A stretch of 64,000 nt of DNA from Desulfovibrio piger. GTDB lineage: Bacteria; Bacillota; Clostridia; Lachnospirales; Lachnospiraceae. Below, in pieces: positions 57,181 through 64,000 of this stretch (positions are counted from its first letter, which is position 1; each line of letters starts with the position of its first letter). The translations under genes were made by a program, and so were the position numbers. The stretch spans positions 15,314-79,313 of the forward strand of contig CAVAPS010000006.1 in NCBI GenBank assembly GCA_963590775.1, written 5' to 3'. Under the pieces are notes generated by a model. That model had not been told where the DNA came from. It made no database searches and saw only the letters and a program-made list of their open reading frames with translations.

Positions 57181-57217
57181 TTGTTAAAATTATAACATAG
57201 CAATCATTTTCGTGCAA
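57181..57217 (-). promoter_or_regulatory. ppdK SigA promoter overlapped by a Rex-like operator
   Basis: Minus strand TTGCAC-17-TATAAT with extended TG. TTGTTAAAATTATAACAT (57181-57198) differs at two positions from TTGTTAA-N4-TTAACAA. Confidence 0.62.
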
Positions 57218-57367
57218 CCATAAATGTATTTAATTTAATACAATTTTATATACAAGCCTTACATTTACAGAATATGCTTATTATGGGAAAATATTCATGA
57301 TGTTTGGGACTGCTATCAATACCGTATATCCTATTTCCCATCACTTAATAAAAGGAGGATTTTTTCT

Positions 57368-57538
57368 ATGCCTAAAGACCCTGTTATGCTTTTAAGCTTT
57401 GTCAATACACAGCTTCGTGACAATCACAATACATTAGAGGAACTGTGCAAATCTTATATGGTTTCTGAGGAAGAGATAACTGATAAGTTAAAGACAATTA
57501 ATTACGAATATAATAGCGAAAAGAACCAGTTTGTTTAG
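57368..57538 (+). CDS. DUF4250-family small protein (56 aa, below ORF-track cutoff)
   Basis: AAGGAGG RBS; MPKDPVMLLSFVNTQLRDNHNTLEELCKSY...YEYNSEKNQFV*. Confidence 0.88.
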   Translation: MPKDPVMLLSFVNTQLRDNHNTLEELCKSYMVSEEEITDKLKTINYEYNSEKNQFV

Positions 57539-57550
57539 TCAGAAAATGCG

Positions 57551-57762
57551 AGACCTACTAGAGACTGCCCATATGTAAATCTAGTAGGTCTTTTTTAGCT
57601 TATCCAACGAATCTTGGTAAAACAAAATCAAAATTATAATCAAAACACCTACTAAACCTTGAATTTTCCAACAGTTTAGTAGGTCTTTCAACTTTTACAT
57701 CATCTATCTTCCAATTAAAAAGCCTACTATGTTGCATATTACTCTGCCATTAGTAGGTTTTT
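57551..57762. repeat. Array of three related palindromic elements CCTACTA-(variable interior)-TAGTAGG
   Basis: Stems at 57551-57591, 57647-57684 and 57723-57757, each followed by a T-run on the plus strand. Confidence 0.85.
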
Positions 57763-57810
57763 CCCAACAATCTGCATACGAAAGCTGATACTTTTAATAA
57801 TTCAGGATAT

Positions 57811-57857
57811 AAAAAAGCAGGTGTAACGTATAGATTCACTCTACACATTACACCTGC
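57811..57857 (-). terminator. Terminator of clpB
   Basis: GCAGGTGTAA..TTACACCTGC stem with T6 on the minus strand. Confidence 0.8.
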
Positions 57858-57891
57858 CTCATTCAATTCTTTATCGTATTACCAGACCAGC

Positions 57892-60489
57892 TTATTTCTG
57901 TCTTGCAGCTGCTATGGCTGTCAGCTTTCCATCTACAAGGTCGATAACAATATCATCACCTGTATTGATATTACCTGCAAGTATTAACTTGGCTGCCAGC
58001 GTCTCAACTGTCTTCTGGACATATCTCTTAAGCGGTCTTGCACCATACATTGGGTCAAATCCATTCTCAACAATGAAATTCTTCGCTGCATCTGTAAGAA
58101 CAATCTCAAGCTCCTTATCTGCAAGTCTCTTATTTACATCTGCAACAAGAAGATTGATAATATTGCTGATATTATCCTTAGTAAGTGGCTTGAACATAAT
58201 TATCTCATCAAGACGGTTAAGGAATTCAGGTCTGAAATGATTCTTTAAATCACCCATAACAGCTTCCTCTGCCTCCGGCTTAATTGAACCATCCGGGTTG
58301 ATACCTTCAAGCAGATATGAAGAGCCTATATTACTAGTCATTATAATTATAGTATTCTTAAAATCTACAGTTCTTCCCTGTGAGTCAGTGATTCTGCCAT
58401 CGTCAAGCACCTGTAAAAGAACATTAAATACATCTGGATGTGCCTTCTCAACCTCATCAAAAAGAACAACTGAATATGGTTTTCTTCTTACAGCTTCTGT
58501 AAGCTGTCCGCCTTCATCATAGCCTACATATCCTGGAGGTGCTCCGATAAGTCTGGATACTGAATACTTCTCCATGTACTCGGACATATCAAGTCTTACT
58601 ATATTAGATTCATCATCAAACAGGCTCTCAGCCAGTGCCTTTGCAAGCTCTGTCTTACCTACACCTGTAGGTCCTAAGAACAGGAATGAACCAATTGGCT
58701 TAGTCGGATCTTTAATACCAGCCTTAGATCTTATAATTGCTTCTGTTACCTTAGTAACACCTTCATCCTGACCGATAACTCTCTTGTGAAGCTGTTCATC
58801 AAGATTAAGAGTTTTCTGTCTTTCAGACTCACTTAACTTGCTAACCGGAATACCAGTCCATCTTGATATAATCTTGGCGATTTCTTCCTCAGTAACACTT
58901 TCATGAACAAGGCTCATGTCTCTGTTACTTGATTTCTTCTCAGCTTCTTCCAGAGCCTTCTGTGCCTGTGGAAGCCTGCCATACTGAAGTTCTGCTGCCT
59001 TATTAAGATCATATTCTCTCTTAGCCTGTGCTATCTGGGTATTAATCTGGTCAATCTCTTCCTTTAACTTACTTACCTGGTCAACAGAAGATTTCTCGCT
59101 GTCCCATTTAGCTTTCTGGATATTGAAATCAGACCTTAATTCAGATAATTCCTTCTGTAATGCATCAAGTCTTTCCTTACTGAGGTTATCTGTCTCTTTC
59201 TTAAGGGCAGCCTCCTCAATCTCAAGCTGCATAATCTTTCTTCTCTTCTCATCAAGCTCTGCAGGCATTGAATCAAGTTCAGTCTTAATCATTGCACATG
59301 CCTCATCTACAAGGTCGATAGCCTTATCTGGCAGGAATCTGTCTGAAATGTATCTGTCTGACAAAGTAGCTGCACTTACAAGTGCCCCATCTGTAATCTT
59401 AACTCCATGGAACACTTCGTATCTATCCTTAAGGCCTCTAAGGATTGAGATAGTATCCTCAACTGTAGGTTCATCAACCATAACCGGCTGGAATCGTCTT
59501 TCAAGTGCCGGGTCTTTCTCAATATACTCTCTGTGCTCATCAAGAGTCGTGGCACCTATACAATGAAGTTCACCACGGGCAAGCATCGGCTTTAACATAT
59601 TACCTGCGTCCATGGCTCCTTCCGTCTTACCAGCACCGACAATAGTGTGAATCTCATCAATAAACAGAATAATCTGACCTTCAGATTTCTTGATCTCATC
59701 AAGCACAGCCTTAAGTCTTTCCTCAAATTCACCACGATACTTGGCACCTGCAACAAGTGCACCCATATCCAGTGCGAAAAGCTTCTTATCCTTTAAGCCT
59801 TCTGGAACATCTCCCCTGACAATTCTCTGTGCAAGTCCTTCAACAACTGCTGTTTTACCAACACCAGGCTCACCAATAAGAACCGGATTATTCTTCGTCT
59901 TACGAGAAAGGATTCTTATTACATTTCTGATTTCATTATCTCTGCCGATAACCGGATCAAGCTTTCCTTCCTTAGCTTTTTCCACCAGATCTGAAGCATA
60001 TTTGCTAAGCGTGTCATAGGTTGCCTCCGGATTATCTGATGTAACACTCTGGTTACCTCTTACAGTGGCAAGTGCTGACAGGAATGACTCCCTGTTAATT
60101 CCATATGTCTTAAAAAGCTGCTTGATATCCTTGTTAGGTGACGCAATCATTGCAAGCATAAGATGTTCAACAGAAATATATGCATCTCCCATTCTCTTGG
60201 CTTCATCCTCAGCATTTACTAAAACCTTATTAAGCGAACTACTTACATAAAGCTGCACATTTCCAGAAACCTTATTCTTCTGGCTAAGCAGTGTCTCAAT
60301 ATTCTTAATAAATGTTTCCTTATCAATTCCCATCTTCTCTATCAGGCTCGCGATAAGACTATCTTCTATGGTCATGAGACTGTACAGAAAATGTTCCTGG
60401 TCAATCTCCTGATTACCATAATCGTAGGCAATCTTCTCGCACTGGTTAACAGCCTCAACAGACTTCTGTGTAAACTTATTAATGTTCAT
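57892..60489 (-). CDS. clpB: ATP-dependent disaggregase ClpB
   Basis: Two AAA modules ([16 protein letters not shown]), long coiled-coil M domain with AAELQYG, GARPL; start 60489 after AAGGAGG. Confidence 0.97.
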   Translation of the reverse strand: MNINKFTQKSVEAVNQCEKIAYDYGNQEIDQEHFLYSLMTIEDSLIASLIEKMGIDKETFIKNIETLLSQKNKVSGNVQLYVSSSLNKVLVNAEDEAKRMGDAYISVEHLMLAMIASPNKDIKQLFKTYGINRESFLSALATVRGNQSVTSDNPEATYDTLSKYASDLVEKAKEGKLDPVIGRDNEIRNVIRILSRKTKNNPVLIGEPGVGKTAVVEGLAQRIVRGDVPEGLKDKKLFALDMGALVAGAKYRGEFEERLKAVLDEIKKSEGQIILFIDEIHTIVGAGKTEGAMDAGNMLKPMLARGELHCIGATTLDEHREYIEKDPALERRFQPVMVDEPTVEDTISILRGLKDRYEVFHGVKITDGALVSAATLSDRYISDRFLPDKAIDLVDEACAMIKTELDSMPAELDEKRRKIMQLEIEEAALKKETDNLSKERLDALQKELSELRSDFNIQKAKWDSEKSSVDQVSKLKEEIDQINTQIAQAKREYDLNKAAELQYGRLPQAQKALEEAEKKSSNRDMSLVHESVTEEEIAKIISRWTGIPVSKLSESERQKTLNLDEQLHKRVIGQDEGVTKVTEAIIRSKAGIKDPTKPIGSFLFLGPTGVGKTELAKALAESLFDDESNIVRLDMSEYMEKYSVSRLIGAPPGYVGYDEGGQLTEAVRRKPYSVVLFDEVEKAHPDVFNVLLQVLDDGRITDSQGRTVDFKNTIIIMTSNIGSSYLLEGINPDGSIKPEAEEAVMGDLKNHFRPEFLNRLDEIIMFKPLTKDNISNIINLLVADVNKRLADKELEIVLTDAAKNFIVENGFDPMYGARPLKRYVQKTVETLAAKLILAGNINTGDDIVIDLVDGKLTAIAAARQK

Positions 60490-60560
60490 ACGATTACCTC
60501 CTTCTGTTACAATGAAGCCTAACTTCACTGTTTATCTATTGTTTTCCTCTTACAATTGAT

Positions 60561-60603
60561 GTTATACATCTTATTGTTAGCACTGTCAAGAGGTGAGTGC
60601 TAA
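60561..60603 (-). promoter_or_regulatory. CIRCE (HrcA operator) overlapping the clpB promoter
   Basis: TTAGCACTG-N9-GAGTGCTAA at 60577-60603; minus strand TTGACA-17-TATAAC with the -35 inside the CIRCE. Confidence 0.93.
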
Positions 60604-60655
60604 TGAAATTATTAAAAAAATATAAAGCCAGCAAAATACTGGCTTTACGCTCATT

Positions 60656-60978
60656 TTAATGTATAAAATTCGTAAACACAAAATTCTTTGATTCAGGCAT
60701 CTCAATTCCCATCTTCACGGCTACATTCTTGCAATTAATAAAGAAAGCCATATTCTCACCAAGAACCTACATAACCTGCATTCCTTCCAGATCCTGTCTT
60801 ACTTCATCAGGATTAGTCCCATGAACCATATTCCAGTATCTTGAAGTAACAATCGGCATCTGCATAAGTCCGAAATATTTATTCAGCTGATCCCATGTTG
60901 CTGTAGTTCCTGTTCTTCTTGCTGATATGACTGCTTCCGCCGGCTTTAGTCTGAATCTGTTGCCGCCTGCATGTGCTA
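60656..60978 (-). pseudogene. C-terminal remnant of a flavodoxin-like / NADPH-dependent FMN reductase family protein
   Basis: Manual translation: RLKPAEAVISARRTGTTATWDQLNKYF..MPIVTSRYWNMVHG..QDLEGMQVM*VLGENMAF..TNFIH*. Internal TAG at 60767-60769; N-terminal half missing. Confidence 0.85.
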
Positions 60979-61043
60979 TACATTGACAATATCAACACCT
61001 TAAGATACACTTTTTTATAAACTAATGAATGGAGCATATAACA

Positions 61044-61985
61044 ATGAAGAAAATATATAGAATTATAATTGCTATAGCAGTATGTGTTCTCTGTGTCTGC
61101 ACATTTTTCGCAGTCAGAAGACAGAGACAGAATCAGAACATGCTTAATAATCTTGAAAAAGAAGCTGCTCCTTATCAGGATGAAATCAACGATATATATG
61201 CAGAACTTCAGTCAAGAAAGCAGAAGCTTGGCAGCTCAGATAACTCCAATGCAGGTGCTACTCTTGCATTCGTTCCTGCATCTGCAGATGACATTGATAC
61301 AATCAAAGAACTTATGGCTGGTTATGATTTCACGCCAACAATAATTGCTGACTGTTCAATGGACAGCAAAGAACTGGACTCTATAATAAGAAAGTCACAG
61401 AATAACGGTTACGACATTCTGCTTTCAGGCATGACTTTCAATGAAGATATTCTCGCATCTGCAATAAAGGTTCGCAATAACCTTGCTAAAGGCAATTATA
61501 ATCTTGAAGATACATTTTTCTTAAGACATACATATGATACAGATGAAGCCCGTAAATCATTGCTTGATAATGATTACAGCCATCTTGTCTGCTATAACGA
61601 AACATTTGCATCAGGGATCGCTTCTAATGGAATGTTGTACATTTCCTACAGCTTTATCCATTCATCAAATGCTTTTACCTATCTAATTAATCAGGCTATA
61701 TCGACTAATACAGATGCCGTGATGATATTTGATTTTGCAGATATGCTGGATGGAACTATCGATGATTCTACTATAACAGGCTTTCTCGAAGAATTAAGCA
61801 GCAAAATCAGCGAAGGCTCTATTAATTCTTATACTCTTTCTCAGGCATTCGAGGCTCTTGAGAATGAAGAGACACTTTCAGAGATTGCCAATGAAGAATA
61901 TGAGCAGTACAAAGCAGAACAGGAATCACGAATAGCTGATCTTGAATCCAAAGTTCATGAAATATACGGTTCACGAAAGAAATAA
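61044..61985 (+). CDS. Membrane-anchored hypothetical protein, possibly a degenerate polysaccharide-deacetylase-like fold between coiled coils
   Basis: N-terminal TM, coiled coils at both ends, central alpha/beta region; no intact TFDD motif; GGAG RBS before ATG 61044. Confidence 0.55.
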   Translation: MKKIYRIIIAIAVCVLCVCTFFAVRRQRQNQNMLNNLEKEAAPYQDEINDIYAELQSRKQKLGSSDNSNAGATLAFVPASADDIDTIKELMAGYDFTPTIIADCSMDSKELDSIIRKSQNNGYDILLSGMTFNEDILASAIKVRNNLAKGNYNLEDTFFLRHTYDTDEARKSLLDNDYSHLVCYNETFASGIASNGMLYISYSFIHSSNAFTYLINQAISTNTDAVMIFDFADMLDGTIDDSTITGFLEELSSKISEGSINSYTLSQAFEALENEETLSEIANEEYEQYKAEQESRIADLESKVHEIYGSRKK

Positions 61986-62061
61986 TCTATACCGGCTGTA
62001 TAAACTTCATATTTCAGGCTCATAATTATTACTATGATTCACATTTAAAAAGGAGGATTCT

Positions 62062-63735
62062 ATGAGTAATAATATGGACCTGGGATATGATATGTTCTGT
62101 TACCAGTGTGAACAGACTGCCGGAGGAAAAGGCTGTACCAAAATTGGTGTATGTGGAAAAACACCTGAGATAGCCAACCTTCAGGATTTACTTATTTACC
62201 AGTTAAAAGGAATCAGCTTTTACGCAAAGCATCTTATTGATTCAGGACTCAATGTCGATAAAAGCATTGTAAGCTTTATTGAGAACTGTCTCTTTACTAC
62301 TCTTACTAATGTTAATTTCAATGTAGACGACCATGTCCGCCTTCTTAAACAATCCCAAGATATCAAGAATAACCTTAAGAATATGATAGGTACAACCGAG
62401 TATGTCACTCCCTCTGCTACCTATGAACTGCCTGAAACTAAAGCAGACATGCTTCGTGACGCGCCAATGGCAGGCATAATGTATGATAAGGCTCTAGACC
62501 CGGATATCCGTTCATTACGACAGACAATTCTTTATGGTCTTAAAGGCATAAGTGCATACGGACATCAGGCACGGGAGCTTTCATATTACAGTGATAATGT
62601 TGATAACTTCTATATTACTGCACTCGAAGCAATCACAGATAATACTCTTACTGTTGAGGAGCTTATCCGCCTCACACTTAAAACAGGCGATATGGCCATC
62701 GAAATTATGAAAAAGCTTGATGAGGCTAATACTACAATTTATGGTAATCCATCACCTCACACAGTTAATGTTCACATTAAGAAAGGTCCATTTATAATTG
62801 TTTCAGGACATAACCTTAAAGACCTTGAAATGCTTTTAAAGCAGACAGAAGGACTCGGCATTAATATATATACACACGGGGAAATGCTTCCTTCCCACGG
62901 CTATGAGGGGCTTAAGAAATACAGTCATCTTGTAGGTAATTTCGGCGGTGCATGGCAGGACCAGCAGAAACAGTTTGACAATCTTCCCGGATGTATCCTT
63001 ATGACAACCAACTGTCTTATGCGTCCGAGAGACACTTATAAAGACCGCATATATTCTACTAATGTCGTAGGCTGGGACGGTATCAAATATATTGAAAAGA
63101 AACCTGACGGTGAAAAAGACTTCTCTGAAATCATAAAGCAGTCTCTTGAACTTGGAGGCTTTACCGAAGATCAGGAGATTAAAGAAATTCTTGTAGGCTT
63201 CGGACATGAGGCTGCACTTTCTCATGCAGGAGAACTTGTAGAAGCTGTTAAATCCAAGCAGATAAGGCATTTCTTCCTGATTGGAGGCTGTGATGGTGCA
63301 AGACCGGGAAGAAGTTATTTTACTGATTTTGCGACGATGGTTCCTGATGACTGTATGATTCTTACACTCGCATGCGGCAAATACCGCTTCAACAAGCTGG
63401 ACTTCGGTACTGTTGCCGGACTTCCACGACTTCTTGATATCGGCCAGTGTAATGATGTATATTCTGCAATCCTTATTGCCAATGCACTTGCTGATGCATT
63501 TGAAACAGATGTCAATGGACTTCCATTATCTTTAATTGTTTCATGGTATGAGCAGAAGGCTGTAGCTGACCTGCTTGCACTGTTAAGCCTTGGCATTAAG
63601 AACATTTATCTTGGACCTACACTTCCTGCTTTCTTAAGCCCTAATGTATTACAGTATCTTGTCGATACTTTCCAGTTAAGGCTTATAAGCAATCCTGATG
63701 ATGACATCAAGACTTGTCTTGGTCAGGCTGTATAG
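62062..63735 (+). CDS. hcp: Hybrid cluster protein (hydroxylamine reductase)
   Basis: MFCYQCEQTAGGKGCTKIGVCGK, THGEM, TTNC, GGCDG, LACG, GQCND, WYEQK. Confidence 0.97.
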   Translation: MSNNMDLGYDMFCYQCEQTAGGKGCTKIGVCGKTPEIANLQDLLIYQLKGISFYAKHLIDSGLNVDKSIVSFIENCLFTTLTNVNFNVDDHVRLLKQSQDIKNNLKNMIGTTEYVTPSATYELPETKADMLRDAPMAGIMYDKALDPDIRSLRQTILYGLKGISAYGHQARELSYYSDNVDNFYITALEAITDNTLTVEELIRLTLKTGDMAIEIMKKLDEANTTIYGNPSPHTVNVHIKKGPFIIVSGHNLKDLEMLLKQTEGLGINIYTHGEMLPSHGYEGLKKYSHLVGNFGGAWQDQQKQFDNLPGCILMTTNCLMRPRDTYKDRIYSTNVVGWDGIKYIEKKPDGEKDFSEIIKQSLELGGFTEDQEIKEILVGFGHEAALSHAGELVEAVKSKQIRHFFLIGGCDGARPGRSYFTDFATMVPDDCMILTLACGKYRFNKLDFGTVAGLPRLLDIGQCNDVYSAILIANALADAFETDVNGLPLSLIVSWYEQKAVADLLALLSLGIKNIYLGPTLPAFLSPNVLQYLVDTFQLRLISNPDDDIKTCLGQAV

Positions 63736-63782
63736 ATTCTTCTCGCAAAAAAGGCTGCCACTAATGTGACAGCCATACATAT

Positions 63783-64000
63783 CTACAACTCTGCCAGCCC
63801 GGCAAGCGCAACATATTTTTCTGATACTGTGAACCATGTTGGAAAATCTGTTATTCCTGACTGTGGCAGATTGAATATTTTCTGAAATGCCTTAACTGCT
63901 GCTGCCGTCTGCTCACCATATATTCCATCAGTACTAAGAACAGGGATAGAATTATAATACTCCCCTATAAGATTAAGCTGCTCCTGTAACTGTCTTACCT
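63783..64000 (-). CDS. C-terminal peptidoglycan-binding domain of a SleC-like protein (partial)
   Basis: Manual translation VRQLQEQLNLIGEYYNSIPVLSTDGIYGEQTAAAVKAFQKIFNLPQSGITDFPTW...LAEL* fits the PG_binding_1 pattern. Confidence 0.82.
   Translation of the reverse strand, partial: VRQLQEQLNLIGEYYNSIPVLSTDGIYGEQTAAAVKAFQKIFNLPQSGITDFPTWFTVSEKYVALAGLAEL

Noticed and set aside
57551..57762. Possible mini-CRISPR array
   Set aside because: Only the stem arms are conserved, the interiors vary, spacing is uneven, and there are no cas genes in the window.
62800..62830. Hcp GHN instead of the usual GHD
   Set aside because: The His and all other recognisable cluster ligands are intact; likely a neutral variant.

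Overview
Low-GC Firmicute chromosomal window. Gene content (CE8 pectin methylesterase, PL9 pectate lyase, KDPG aldolase, KTGD-type surface anchors, SleC-like protein) points to a pectinolytic Lachnospiraceae, plausibly Lachnospira; this is an inference. Most genes lie on the minus strand. The backbone is housekeeping: argH, parE/parC, rlmH, maf, leuA with a Leu T-box, a moxR cluster, a UvrD helicase, greA, tRNA-Pro(CGG), glmS, topB, asd, eda, upp/uraA, ppdK, clpB with a CIRCE site, and hcp. Several decayed accessory patches interrupt it: a multiply deleted HaeIII-like restriction-modification island, a collapsed Isd-type heme uptake locus fused to an IS200 tnpA remnant, an Rpn-family C-terminal remnant that keeps an internal SD+ATG, and a flavodoxin-like pseudogene. 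The best candidates for undescribed systems are (1) a cytoplasmic ParB/Srx-like + BMP nucleoside-binding fusion paired with a metallophosphoesterase (45971-48529), (2) the IscU-like/GGGtGRT pair (35423-37152), and (3) an array of three related CCTACTA..TAGTAGG hairpins (57551-57762). No CRISPR array, rRNA or prophage was seen. All family assignments come from motif recognition, not database searches.
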